64,000 nt of DNA from Phoronis australis. Taxonomy: Eukaryota; Animalia; Phoronida. This document shows, in pieces, positions 12,211-25,937 of the stretch. Location of the stretch: NCBI GenBank assembly GCA_002633005.1, contig NMRA01000038.1, positions 1,008,624 through 1,072,623 on the forward strand, in the 5' to 3' direction. Position 1 is the stretch's first letter, and the number at the start of each line of letters is the position of its first letter. Under the pieces are notes generated by a model. It made no database searches. It was given only the letters and a program-made list of their open reading frames with translations, and was not told the DNA's origin. The translations under genes and the position numbers were made by a program.

Positions 12211-13487
12211 AATGAATTCTGTCTTCAAGAGGGGCTACTGCCAAATTATTCAAATTCTTGGCTGCGTACGTCTGCTTTTGTGTTGTCTCCATTTTCTGTT
12301 GATTATATTACTGAAGCTGTGTCTTTGCCAAAAGCTCTGATTTTAGAGGGGTTAGTATTTCTCTTGCTATGTGTTGGATGGTTACCAAAATTCGAATTTT
12401 AGTCAGTGCATCAACTGAGTGAAAGTATTTAGTGGTTGTTGTTTTAGTTTTGTTGAACTTTTTCCAACTTGATTAGTCAGATTCGGAACCTCAGTTTGTA
12501 TTTCTTACCATGATTAAGACGTCCCGTGATAAAGACGTCATAGCATATGTACCCAATCGTACCAGTGATTGCAGTCTCTGATAGGAAAAGTGTACCCTCG
12601 TAAACAAACCATAGTTTTTTTTTTCAATTTTGTGACCAGGCCAAGAAGTTAATGTATTCACTAAAATAGTACAAACCAATAACAGTATTTTGTTCCTCCT
12701 GTGTTTTAAGTTGGCTTCAGCCTGAGGTTACAGCTTCAATAAAAACTGAAACGTGTGAATTTGACAGATTTCTTTAAATATTTAAAAGTTTTAACTTACT
12801 TTGATAATATCAGTAGTGACTTGGTTGTTTAATTCAGAGGTCCTTTACATAAACTGGCCCTGAGTTTTTGTCAGATTGCATTGTTCCATAGTGAGAAACC
12901 AAGAGCAGTGTTGATAATTATGTTATTGTTATATTAAATAACAGATATAGTGGTAATGGCAGAAAAACTAGTGAAAGTTATAGTGGTAATAATAACAATG
13001 TTTTGGACGATGTTTGTAAAAATAACAATCTGTAATGACTTTTGTTTAATAAAAGACCTTTTGCGAGGCAAGAAGCAGGTGGAATCATGTCCCACTTTCC
13101 TTTGTGCTAGCCTGTTTCTGCACAGCTGGATTCTGCCCTTGTTTATAAGACCTCATGCTGGTCTCCCCAGCAGGGTGTAGTGGTCATGTGAGTTCATGCC
13201 AGAAGGTGGCCACTGTGCACTACTTTTGAGATAATCTTGGAAATCAGCAGGTGGTCTATTCTGCAACATTTAACACCTGGCCTTGTTGCCTTGTTATGAG
13301 CGATTTCTTGCTTTAAAAAATGCTTTCAGATGATGTCGTTGGATTGGGAAGATTAAAATCATTCAATAAGAAATAGCTCTCCAACAGCTGTTCACTTATA
13401 ATTTTTTGGTAAAGTTTCTTTTAATTGCAACCTTGTGCTTTCAACTAGGATTTTCTTGACACTCTGAAATTCAAAATTGCTTTCTAA

Positions 13488-13943
13488 TACCCCCATCACA
13501 CCAGACGCACAGTGCCACTACTGTTTTTGGTCAAAACTGCCATCACTGTAGTGACACAGCCAGTAGTGTTTCATGGTTTTCCCCTACCCGTCACACATGT
13601 GTTTTTCTTTGCACCACGGGATTACCTTAGGATCGCCAATCTACGTTTTCGGCAATTGCACGGAGGTGCTTCTGCGGTCCTTGTACGGTGCCACAGCGGT
13701 CATGGCGGTGTCACAGAGATCCCACGGCGTATTGGCCAACCCGTTGTGGCATTGCGGAAGTTTTGAGCATGCTTAAAGTTTCCGCCCTGCCACTGCGAAG
13801 GTCCGCGGTTTTGACAGTTTTCTCTGGTGCTACGGCGATCAATGGCAGAACCACTGCAGAACTACTGCGATCATGACGGTGCCACTGCAGTTTATGCACT
13901 ACAAGCACCGCAGTTGCACCGCACCTCCGGTGTGACGGGGAAA
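13488..13943. mobile_element. GC-rich MITE, Harbinger-like
   Basis: TIRs ccccatcacaccagacgcacagtgccact / rc ccccgtcacaccggaggtgcggtgcaact; explains the cluster of spurious ORFs at 13.5-14.0 kb. Confidence 0.65.
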
Positions 13944-14902
13944 TTACAAACCATTCACACGTAAATGCGAGTTTTCGCACTGACAGTGATCATGGTTTGT
14001 TGTTGAAAAATCTGTTGTTCTTTGTATTTTGAATTGAAACTGTAGTGTATTTACACTCTGGGCTGATGTGCACTAAGAATTAAATGAATGAAAATGCTGG
14101 AAAATTGTGCAGGTAATTTTGTGTGGACAACTTGTATTTATTTGCTTTTTATGCATTGAGGATATTTACCTATAAGTTGTTGTTACGCATTTTAAATTGA
14201 AAATTAGTTCTGTAGATTGACTTTCTTTGAAGTTACTAGTGAGCGAAAGCTGAACATTTGTTTTTGATTGTGGCTACAAAGTGTTTTGGCACACTTTAGT
14301 TTTGCCTTGGCTGGAATCCAAAACCTGTGATACATTTCGATAATTTGATTGTGGTTTCTGGATGTTCAGGAAATGAAAGTAGGTTTCTGAATTGTTTTCA
14401 TGACGAAAATATTGCACAAAAGGGTTCAACTTGAAAAATAGAATATCAGTTTTACTTGCTTCTAAAAACATTTGAAATATTATATTTTTTGAGAAAAGTC
14501 TAGACAAAAGTGTAATGAAACTGTTGTTCAACAGACAATATTCACATTGTTTTCTAGTATGTTTCTTCAGCTATTACATAGTGTTACGGTGGAAAAACAT
14601 CTTATCAAATTTCTTTGCTGTTAACGATTCGAGTGCGAATTTAAAGCTGCATTTTGCCATTCTTTAGTTAGTTGTCAATGATTAATTCTTAACGGAAGTG
14701 CTATGGAGGTTTGAAAATATTACGATCTGATCATTAATTGTTGCCAAATGGGCTGGCTGGCTATTCAAGTCACATACAGTGCGCCATTTTTTAATTTGCA
14801 ATGTTAGTGTATGCTAACCCCCAAGAAACTGAATTATTTTCTCGTGTCAGTCATGGTTTGATGTTCTTATTGGTAAGGGAAATGGAATCTCATCATGGTT
14901 GG

Positions 14903-15064
14903 GAATATGATGAGATCAATTCATGATTATGATGAGATCAATTCATGAATATGATGAGATCAATTCGTGAATGTGATGAGATCCATTCATGAATGTGATG
15001 AGAACAATTCATGAATGTGATGAGAACAAAGACAATTTATGAATATGATGAGGTCAGTTCATGA
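14903..15064 (+). repeat. 22-bp minisatellite (gaatatgatgagatcaattcat), ~7 copies
   Basis: Units start at 14903, 14925, 14947, 14969, 14991 and 15013, with a degenerate one at 15041. Confidence 0.9.
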
Positions 15065-17383
15065 GAGTAAAAGGCTTAATTATATTACTTTCGTTTTTAG
15101 CCAGCTTCAAGATATGAGCAGTGAGTGCAAAACTGTTTCGCTTATTTTTTCTAGCTATTTGCAGGCATCTCACCTTACTCGGTTACAGGTGTCAAGTCTT
15201 AATGATTCTGTGGTAAAGGGGTGCTTTCGGTTTTGGTTTTCATTCTTTTATATCATCACTGTCAATGGTGAATTGTTAACTGAAGCTTTGAGATTTTGAA
15301 ATTAACCACTCTCGGCTAGTCTTGAAATATTGCCGAATAAGACGGCAACTCGAGTCACAGGGAATGCAGTCATGCACCATTTTCGAATTTGCAACTTTAG
15401 GGTTGGTCAACCCCAATTAACTGTAAAGGGTTTTCTTGAGTTACTCGTGATTTTGATGCTCCTATTAGTAATTGAAATAGAACCCTATCATGGTAAAGAA
15501 TATTGTGAGACTGATTTTATGAGAGTAAAAGCTCCGATTTTGACTTTTGTTTTTAGCCAGCATTTTGCAGCTTTAACTCAGCAGTTGCACAGATCAGGTG
15601 ATGTATAGTGAGTGGTGGGTTTGTGTTATCAAGTGCAGGAAATGCATGCTAATTCAGATTGACGGATGGCTTGTGAAAATACGAGAAAAACACTTTTGTT
15701 TGGTATGTTTTTCTTGGAAGGCATATAGTGCGGTAGCCAGTGCATTTTCTCAGAAGAAACTCTACCACCATGGCAAATGTGTTTTTGAATTACGCTTTTT
15801 AGGTATAGGTTTCCATGTATAAAGCTAATCTCAGTTGGAGCAAAGAACCAGTGCTATTGAAATTTATAATTACTAGTCATTTCTGTTTGAATTACCTTTT
15901 CTTTTGGAATATTTTTTGAATTTCCTTTATATACTTTTAAAATGTTTCGAAGAAATTTTGAAAATTATTTAAAAGTTTTTTTTTCAAAAAAATTATTTTA
16001 AAAATTGTTTTTAAAATTTGGAGATTTTGTTTTTGATTTTTGGAAGTCAATGCTAATTGCAAACAATAATTAATATCTGCACATATATGTAATTTTTTAA
16101 AACTTGTTATATATATAGATATGCAATTTTCATTCATGTGCCCAAGTGATCTCTCTTTAAGCAAAAAAGGCCAGCTATATAGGCAAGTACCTTAAAAGTT
16201 TTGTTCTGTTGCGTTAGTATAAAATCTGTCTCATTAGACTGAAGTAGATGGAAAACATTAAAATTGTAGCAAGAGATGAAAAGCATTTTTGAAAAAAATG
16301 TTTGTCTTTTTGTAACTAATTTTTAAAAATTCAAGACTTATTTAAATTAAATCTTTAGCGAAGCAAACAGAAATGCAAACCAAATTCTTTTAATGTGGCC
16401 TCAGGTTTTTAAAATTAATTTAATTTAGTAACAAAATAATTTTATTGTTTTGTGGTCAGAGGGATGGTGATAAAACTACACACGTGCGTGTGGTGATTCT
16501 TTTAACAATCATTATGAAAGTAACCTAGCTTCAGATGGGGTTAAAATCGGCAACGTGGTTTTAAAATATCACCTTTTAAAGGAATTCAAACTTATTTGAT
16601 GTTCTAAAAGAAAAAGAAAAGGGACAAATAACGGAAAGATGACATTCCGTATTAAGTGATGTGGGACGCTAGAAAAATGTCCGAATTTGGCTAACTTTAG
16701 ACCATCATGTCTCACCAATGGCTGATCAGATTCATACTTTAGACTTTTAGTTACAATGCTTTATGCGCTTTTCTTCAAAAAATTTTAGCAATTGTTTTTA
16801 AGCTGTTTTACTGGGGATGTTAAAAAAATAGAATTTTATGTTTTCCATGACCCAGTTAATAGCAGGTAAAAAGTCAAAAGTTGTATTCTACAGGCTTTCT
16901 GATTTCACGAAATATGTATTCTATTACTGAGTTAAAATCTGTAGTTTTGTAGGTATTTAACTGAGTACACAGACTTTTCAGTGAAGTCCTACATAGCCTT
17001 CTGAGAAGTGATCGATTGCAAAATACAGAGTTTATGTTGTACCACATATTCTCCAAAGATGAATTTTGTTCTAAAGCAACGGTCAGTCATGCACTACTTC
17101 TAATTTTTTCGTGATAATTTTGAGATACAAAATTCAATATAGTGTCATATTTTGTAAACTTTCATTGTTGTGTTCTAATTAGTTATAAAATGTTACAATG
17201 TGTCTGGTTATCACATATACAGTAGGAGACAAAAGCAATCAGACAAAACACCTGTGCCATCAGGACAGCTAATTCTATGAACAAGAAAACTGTCTGATAA
17301 TCGCTGTCAGGACAGCAAAGTTCTAATTAGCAACTTCCCTGTTAATTCACTATTATTTTTGGTTATCATGGAAGACTACCCTG

Positions 17384-17468
17384 ACAATGAATTCAGCTTC
17401 TACCCAGCCGCCGTGACGGGGGAATTTTAGGTCACGTTATCTGAATACTTTTGACTTGTACTATGCCA
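17384..17468 (+). repeat. Short interspersed repeat; further copies at ~23760-23855 and ~26757-26840
   Basis: Shared tgaattc(a/g)...gaatt...ggtca...tactttt core in all three places. Confidence 0.55.
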
Positions 17469-18237
17469 CGTGATAGAATTATTTGCTCTATGTTATGCAA
17501 AATATCCAACAGTAGATGCCGGTAACCGTGATGCGTGCCTTTTTAACATATTCATGATCTCACTTGCTGCCGGAGGTGGAATGTTGCATTGGGCAAATTT
17601 CTCATCAAAGATAATGATTTCATTGCTGCCTTGATCCGTGAAGTGTTATCATTGTTGATTTAAACTTAAATTATAAAAATAACAGTGGATCTAATCCTTG
17701 AAAAATTCACTATTGTCATTATATCATTTATTGTTGAACAAAATAGAAGATAGATTACCATAGTTTGTTTCATAAGTTTGTTGTTCATGATTTGACCCTG
17801 TATTGTCATAGTAGAGAGTAACAAATGACCTATTAAAATGATTAAGTGGTCAATGACGATAAAGCAGACAGACTATTCAACTTGTCTGGTGGGGCGGTTA
17901 TGTAATGCTTTCCTTGGCATGGTGCCTTGGAATCCTAGTCACAATGGCATTGACCACATTGGCTTATCCCCTTTCACCACGCCCTTCTCTGACACATTGT
18001 AATGTACTTATGCATTTCTCAAAGATAAGATATGAGCATTGTTTCTTACAGAGAAATGCTCTTGAAAACCTCATACTTCCCAGACATTGTGACACACAAT
18101 ACTGCCTTGAGGCAAAATGATCCCAAAGTCTCCTGAGATGTCTGTCTGATGTATGTCTGTGATTCATCATTAATTGAGGGCCATGGAGTAATCACAGGTG
18201 CTCTGTGACCAGTGGTACTCTACTTTGAATAAGATGG

Positions 18238-18395
18238 CCTGGAGCGGATCCAGAATTTTGAGTTGGGGGGGTGCAGTGCCGAGTATTACCCAGGATTTTG
18301 CCAGTCAGACATTTCGAAGTGCCAAATGGAATATGGGAGAATTTTAGGGGGGCCATGACCCGCTTAACCCCCCCTCCCCCGTAAATCCGCCACTG
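18238..18395. mobile_element. MITE with GGCGGAT(C/T) termini; inverted homologue at 31746-31895
   Basis: gcggatccagaattttgagttggggggtgc...caggattttg..gtcagacatt...aaatccgccactg matches the reverse complement of 31746-31895. Confidence 0.7.
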
Positions 18396-21300
18396 ATAGC
18401 ATTGTCATAGTAACAAATACGGTAGTTATTAGGCCAAAAAAGGCAAAGTTGGTTGTGGTCCCTGCCCGCAATCATTTTCAGACTGACTAAAAAAAAATAA
18501 AAACTCCCAACGTGTTGTGTTTTTGAAAAATGCACAAAGGCACGTAACCAAGGTGTGAAATGGCATGGTTTACCAAACAATTAGTATAAAATGCTGCATC
18601 AGTTTTGTTCATCTCAGGTGAATTTTCTTTTTTCGAAAACGTGGTTAACTAAAAAATAAATACTGCACTTCGGACTCGATTTTCAAAAAATAAAACGAAG
18701 ACCTGAACCACCACGTTTTGGTCTTTGTTCAAACTGTAGAACCTTTACAAAACTGCTATTCTACAAATTGTGCATTCATTTTAGATGATTAGTAATAATT
18801 TGTGAAACCTGCGTATCAGTTAATTGAGAAAACAAAGGAAGCTCTGCTCTTCTTATAAGCAAGTTACTTCATACTCACAGGACAATAACGAGGTTCATTG
18901 TTTTGCATTTTGCACTAACACTTACCTGAATGTGCTTAGTTTTTCAAAGCAGCGTTCAATTAAATATTTCAGTGCAAACAGGACAGGAATTAAGTACTTC
19001 GAATTTCTCCTGATGTTATGAGTTTTGAGAAAAACTCAACTTGAAGTTTCACCAGGTGTAATTATTCCTGGAGATCATTCCAAAGTTGTTTGCGAAAATT
19101 AGGCTTTACGGGACATGCAGAAATTTTCAGGTTGCAACTGAAAGTCAAAACCCGGACGTTTTTCGTTTTTTCTAGGAAGAAACCCTAGTATGTGCCCATC
19201 AATAGCTGTGACGGGCTTGAGTATAGCAATGTTGTACACAGATGTGGAAACCAAGAGACCTGCTCCCCCCCTGTGTTTGCCATGCTTTGCTCATTAGACT
19301 CTCATAACATTGTGGTTTATGAAAAGTCTGCTGATCCATTACAATTTACATTGGTTACACCATTGTCTGCTCATTTACCATTATTGTTAGAGGACAAGTA
19401 TTTCCGTTTTGATATCAGGCCACGTTCAACAAAGCCCTATTCACTCACACCTTGTGATTTGATTAGGCTAAACAAACATGTTATAATGATTTTGTGTGAG
19501 AAGTTCAGCGAGCTGTCATCCATTGTTTGCCGCCATTGTAAGAATTAGTATTATGTCAGTGTGGTTAGAACCCAAAATGTTTGGGGCGTTGGTCACTCCC
19601 TTCAGCATTTTTATCTCCTGGTGTTAAAGTCGTTGCATTTGTTTACATCATTTTCCTAGTAATCCATTGACTGGGTTTGTGTTTGGATCATTGAAACTTG
19701 GCAAAGGCACAAATTTGTGAAACTGGCATCTCTGAATGAAAAATACCGGCATGCTAGTCGGGACATTCCTTGAAGCAGAGTAATGATTTAGAATTAGGAA
19801 TACTTTATTCTTTTTAATTTCTTTATGTTACGCACAAGTATAAGTTGTCTATGATTATGTTCTATCAAGTGTTTATTTTCATGGGGATTGTGATCTTTTG
19901 AGTAGATTTATCAAAGCTTTATGTGCACGTTTTGGGCTCATTAATTCCATTGGCCAAAAATGGAATTTCTCTACAGAAATAAAAATCAAGGTTTACTTTA
20001 ATGTTGTTGTGTTCCTTTTTTGTATGTTTTTTCAAACAATGGTGGTCAAGAAATAAAGCACACATCGACAATAGTTTGAAGTCTATACCTGTCATCAACT
20101 GAGATTTAGCAAACTTAGAAGGTTGTGTAGCAATTCAGTACCTCATATTTACTTTCCATTATGTTTTGTCCAAAATTGAAGTTTCTTTGTTGTGCTGTCT
20201 TTTCAAATACCCGATATTACTTTGAAACTTGTTTTCGATCACTTTTTGTTGCACCATCGTCTTTATTGAGTAATAGTAGACCCTGATATAGACACTGTGG
20301 TACAACCTTGTGGTTGCTACAAATGCCTTTTTGCATCAGTGCCCCACACTGATAGTCTAATGGTATTTTTCTACCAAGCTGTTCTCAGAAACAGTTTGGT
20401 TGTTTTTTCCACCAGGAAATTAAGCTTCGTCACAGTCAATACATTAAATCATAACGAGCCGTTTGTACCCTCTAGCATGTAATGTCATCACTTTCATTGT
20501 TGGCAAGGCAAACAACTCTGGGCTATTTGTAGTTAGATATGACTGTTATAACCTACAATGGCTATTATTGCGATGAATTCTGTCAGAGCTTGGCATAAGC
20601 ATTGCTAGTTTGCACTTCGCTAAAGGGTGGCAATTAAAACTTCTGATTTTTCAACTCCTAGTCTCTGCCTAGTTGTTGTCGGATAAATTTAAGGGCCCTC
20701 GGTAAAATTCATTGTTGACTTAGGCAATCGCATCAGCAAAGACTCATTTAAAAAACTTTTTTTAATTGATGTTGAAATATTCAGGATTTTTATGTTCTGA
20801 TAGTTAAACAATCTATAATGGAATTCCATCAACAAGGTTGGCTTGTAATATTAGCATCAACTGCTGGCATAATTTGGAAGTAATATTCAAAAGATCTGAA
20901 ATTTTATCCATCTCGTGTTCTGTTAAACTTTCCTTGCCCTGTTTTTTTTTCTCAAAACTATTAGCAGCTCGTGGAGGTTTACAAGAATATCTCATCTTTT
21001 GTTTATTTTTCTTCATCAAGATTTCCTAATGATCTAATTGAATACTGATTGTTTTTTTGAGCTATGTGTACTACATTTTCATTTTGATGTTCACAAGCTA
21101 AAGTACCGGTATATTGTTAAATTTTTGATTTACTTATTTACCAGTAATTTGAAAGGTTATTTCTAAAATTCATGCTGATTTTTTGTAATACAAATCTCAG
21201 TCTTCCTCTCAATATTGTTGTGCGATAAAAACTTTACTCTGTTAGCTTCAGTTCTAAGGTCTACATTCAGCTTGCGTTTTTACCATAAAATAGGAAATCA

Positions 21301-22461
21301 AATTAGAACTTCTGTTGGTCATTTGGTAGGTTTGCAAGTGCAGCTGGGTTAAACAAATAAAACTGGCTGATGCAGGTTTATTGAATTTTTGCAAACATTT
21401 ATAAGATTTGCAAGGAAATATTAGGAAGATGACACATTTATTTTCAATGGTTGTGTGTGACATGCTGTTTTTTAATTGAATCAGTGTGAAGTGGTGTGGA
21501 AAATGGAATGCTTTAGACTTTGTAAAGGTAAATAATCCCCCTTGCTGTGACATCAGTGTGCGCGATATATGACCTGCATTTTTTTAAATTATTAAACCAT
21601 AGATAAGTAGAATGTGTTGAACTGTTGATCCCAGTCGCTGGGAAGTCATAACCTCATGTAGTACAGAAATGTGATTAATCATTTTTGTGGTCTGTGGTGA
21701 AGAGTTAACAGTCATATTTTACATTTGGTATTTGGCTTAACACGTTCCCTCAGGGTATCCAAATTTGCACTTTTTGAAGTCCATACTCCATGTTGAACTC
21801 TAATTTAAGCAATCAAGACTTCCTCAAAAGTGTCATTGTCTTCGTGAACACCTGTCTCGTGAGAATTTTAGTTCTCGAAACATGCCAGTACGTATTTGTG
21901 AACGCTTGTCGCGTGAGAATCTTAGCTCCCACAATGCACGCTACCAACTTATCTCTGGATAATGAACAGACAGGTTCAGTAGCACCTTGCCATATTCTGG
22001 TGGGAAATTACACACTTATTACTGAAAGAAATTTGAATTTGTTGGCTTGTGCAATCTAGTATTATCATACATGTGTGCAGTGTTTTTGCGAGACAATATT
22101 TGGCCCCATCCCCAACTTTAATGGCCTGTGCTTGGCTTTAATTACAATGGGTATTAACTTGGTGTAGTAGGACCTGTGTTATAAAAAGGTTGCCATTGCT
22201 TTTTTACCAGGAATCTGTTATTTCTCTAAACCTTAACTGTTTAAATGAGTGGTTCGCTTGTCTTGTAGTAGTTTGTTCCCTCTAGGTAATAGGTACTACC
22301 ACATCAAGCTGCATTTCTCCTCCGTTTCGCTCTCAATATTGAATTCTTAACCAAAGCGCGTGGGGGGGGGTTTAAAACACTAACACATTCATCCCTCATC
22401 CAATCTTGAGTTGTTGCTGAAAGAGCCAACAACTCAAGTCCCAGGTAATGCGTACATGGAA

Positions 22462-22575
22462 GAGGCAGTGTGGCCTAGTGTGATAGGTGCCCATTTCTCT
22501 ACTCGAGGTCGTGGGTTTGAATCCCATTGGGCCGCACTCCTAGATCCTTGAGTCAGGTTTCTAGCTCCTCAGCTC
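22462..22575 (+). mobile_element. tRNA-derived SINE head
   Basis: A-box-like tggcctagtg and B-box-like ggtttgaatccc followed by tccttgag; no complete cloverleaf. Confidence 0.55.
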
Positions 22576-25149
22576 GTTTTAACTACCGTATATGTCAATA
22601 AAGCACATATATGGTTTCAGGTGATCAGTACAATTCGCTCATATGCGCAATTATTTTTTATTTAATGGGTTCATGTGCCATTTTCGAGTCCGCAAATCAG
22701 GGTTGACCAACTCCAATAAACTCCTAGGCATTTTTTGAGTCGCTGAAGGGTTCCAGCATTGTGTCATGGTAAGGAATATTATGAGATTGATTTTATTACA
22801 GTTAAAGTCTTAATTCAATTTTCATTTTTCAGCCAGCGTAATGTTGAAATGCAGCTATAATATATATTTGATTTCCAATAAATTATGCTCTGAAGCAAAT
22901 TTTTTTGTGGCTATGCTTGGGACTGCCTTGAGTTTGCAATTTGTGTAAAACAATCAAGAGAAAAAATGTTTTACCCCATACCTATTTTTGCTGTGCTATA
23001 TTTTTGCAGACAATTTTTTTTTCCTTATTACTTATGAATAAATGAAAAAATTCTTTATGTATTTAACAATGAGGTTTGACATTTAAAGTTTGACAAAAAA
23101 TTCAAAATGCCTCAGCTTTTATGTGACTCAAATGGTTTGTGAGATTTGCTGTTGGTGATTGAAACAGTTTACATGCGAGTTCAAAGATGTTGATTTTCAT
23201 TAATAAAAGTTTTATGTCTTAGATATGTGATCCTCTGCAAGAATTTGGAATCGACTATAACATTGTTAAGTTTTGGAGATTAGCAATCTTTACAAGAATA
23301 CAGTTGGATGCATCACTACGCAAATAATGGTGATATCAATTTAATTATGAAACACTGCAGACTATTTGTAGCGATTCTGTGACCAATATCACCGCACATT
23401 CCAGCAAGCCACAGATAGCCGCTCACTTCATGCCCTTATCAGTATGACATTTGCTGCTGAGGTTGTATAGAGATTTTCGCCGTCACTTCTGGGAACTCTA
23501 GCCAACACTATCAGAATGGCTGTCAAAACATGGAGCTTCAATTATGACTTCATGAATTAACTATGACCCAAGAGTCCAACTGGTAACATATGTACTAGTA
23601 TTTGTGTTTCAAAGTGATTCATTATCAGAGTGTGAGATAAGTCATTGTGATTTTTTACAGCCAATGATGAACCATGAATCACTGTGTGTGAAGTGACCTA
23701 CAGTGTAGGTTAAAAATAAACTAAATTCCTTTTCCTGGTCATTTCCACTACTCTGACCTTGAATTCAGCTTGCACTCAGCCATCCTCGTGCGAGATTCAT
23801 ATCATGATGAGGAATTCCGGGTCATTTTGTTCGATTACTTTTGGCATGTACCACAGAAATATTTAACCTATTCACTCCATGAAAAAATGATTGCTGGGTT
23901 ATGATTGGCTTGTGTGTATGCAAATGAGCAAACAAGGAACCCTTTAACGTTACGAATTAGATTGTTGTGTTTTGATTGTTTTTTGGGCATATGTAAATGA
24001 GCCAGCACTGTAACTTTTGACATGAGGTCCATTCACATTGTGTATAGTTCTGTGAGAAGAGCAGTTGGAACACGCTGTAGCTCCCAGCATAACCAGACTC
24101 CATCTTTTGTATTGACAAACTTGTTAACTTCGTTCAAGATTGATACGCAGTTGAAAATACGTTGCCTTGCATATCATTTAATTTATTTTCATTTTGCAAT
24201 GCAATACATATTTATTAGTTCTAATGTTAAAACCAGTGCCATCTTCTAATATGAAAAAAGGTTTTTGCTAACAAAGAAGTAAAATTTATTGTACATGCTC
24301 CGTTGAAAAATGATCAAATTACACCTTTCCCTCATATTGCGTGCTTTAATAAATAATAACTGACTATTGCTGTCTTAATTTTTTGGCCAGTGTATGAGTT
24401 CAACTTGAGATATATTCATCTTATTTATTTTAGGACAGCCGACACCATGGTGACCGTGATTTGCCGTTCAAGTGCCCAAGAGCAACTGAACAGATACCGT
24501 ACTCTTCCTTTCAAACACCCAAGTCTACCCGATGTGTTATATGGCATCCCTTTCGAGTGCCAATTAAGTGCTTAAGAAATTCATTAGGTACTTATAAGAT
24601 GATGTACAGGATTGTTTACATATGTTCTGAGTCTATGTTATGAAGCCCCTTAACATATTTATGATTAATAATCGAGATAAAATGTCTATTTTATAACTTG
24701 CGTGCTTCTGGTGCCATTCAAGCAAAATTCACGTCGAGAATGTTAGGCAATTTTGTAAACTATATATTTTTGAAAATGGATTTACAATAAATTATTCTAT
24801 ATTAATTTTATCAGGAGACCGTACAGTTTTCAGTTTTCCATTATTTGTTGCCATGACATCACACCATGCTTGAAGTTAAATTATGTACTGCCCCACTATA
24901 TTTGAAAGTTTTGTTTTGCATATAGCTATTATAATAATTATGCCTTGTGAATCAAACTTCAGGAAAAATGTATGAATATACTTTTAAAAATCTCATCATG
25001 CCAAAATTGCTCGAGGCTTAGCGTGAACTCTGCAAGAAGAAAATAGTTTCACTTACTTAGCATATATCTATGTATGTATGTAATTTGGTCTAAAAGGGGC
25101 ATAAGTTGTGTGGACAAAAAACACATTTTTGGTATTTTTGTTGGATGGG

Positions 25150-25390
25150 ATAGACTTCTTGAAGTTATTAGCTTTGACCAGAGATTTAAAATAACAAAAT
25201 TCATTGTGTTTTTGCAATTTAATGACAAATCGCTAATTTCTACAGTTGTATGCCAGCAATTTGCTGGAAAAGACCAGCAATAGTACTAGTTAAATACGCT
25301 TAAAGTAGCCCGAGTGCCATATAACGACTGGACTTTAGCTGTGACAGCAAAATGTTGGTGTGCAGCCGCTAAGGTTGTGAGTTTGATTCA
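25150..25390 (+). repeat. Kolobok-like non-autonomous family fragment (other copies ~35564-35890 and inverted ~51446-51700)
   Basis: Shared aagttattagctttgaccagag...cagttaaatacgcttaaa; the other copies end in CCT-TTAA / TTAA-AGG. Confidence 0.6.
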
Positions 25391-25397
25391 GGGGCTA

Positions 25398-25937
25398 GGG
25401 TCTGTTTCATGAAAAATGACTGAAGACTTGAGTTAGAAATTTGTGGTCTTACGCTCCACTTAACTATTTCTGAAAAATGCTTAAATCTCACTTCAGAGAA
25501 AGGAAAAAATTTGAGAATATATTATAACTGCTAGATACTTAGACGATTTCTATAAATTATTTCTAGAATGTGATAAGTTGACAATTAGGTGACTAAATTT
25601 TTTTTTGGTGATTGTATAGTGCGAGCGTAAGGCCAAATTGTATAGTGGGAGTGTAAGGCCAAATTGTATAGTGAAAGCCTAAGGCCAAATTGTATAGTGA
25701 ACGCGTAAAGCCAAATTGTATAGTGAACGCGTAAGGCCAAATTGTATAGTGAACGCGTAAGGCCAAATTGTATAGTGAACGCGTAAGGCCAAATTGTATA
25801 GTGAACGCGTAAGGCCAAATTGTATAGTGAACGCGTAAGGCCAAATTGTATAGTGAACGCGTAAGGCCAAATTGTATAGTGGGAGCGTTAGCCAAATTTC
25901 TTTCTTAGTCTTGTGTCGCTTTTCATGAAACAGTCCT
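25398..25937. mobile_element. Harbinger-like MITE containing a 26-bp minisatellite
   Basis: TIRs gggtctgtttcatgaaaaatgactgaagact / rc aggactgtttcatgaaaagcgacacaagact; cta/ctg flanks. Confidence 0.7.
25611..25897 (+). repeat. 26-bp minisatellite (gtaaggccaaattgtatagtgaacgc), ~11 copies
   Basis: Head-to-tail near-identical units with no spacers; central copies identical, outer copies diverged. Confidence 0.95.

Noticed and set aside
13512-13980. Cluster of four overlapping ORFs
   Set aside because: All lie in a GC-rich TIR-bounded MITE that is poor in stop codons.
14903-15064. 22-bp array as a CRISPR array or coding repeat
   Set aside because: No spacers and no splice-bounded ORF; an ordinary minisatellite.
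22462-22535. Functional tRNA gene
   Set aside because: A and B boxes are present, but acceptor and anticodon stems cannot be formed convincingly and there is no oligo-T terminator; a SINE head fits better.
25585-25897. 26-bp array as a CRISPR array, or its three overlapping repetitive ORFs as proteins
   Set aside because: Units are head-to-tail with no unique spacers, there are no cas genes, and the context is eukaryotic; the ORFs simply reflect a stop-free repeat strand.
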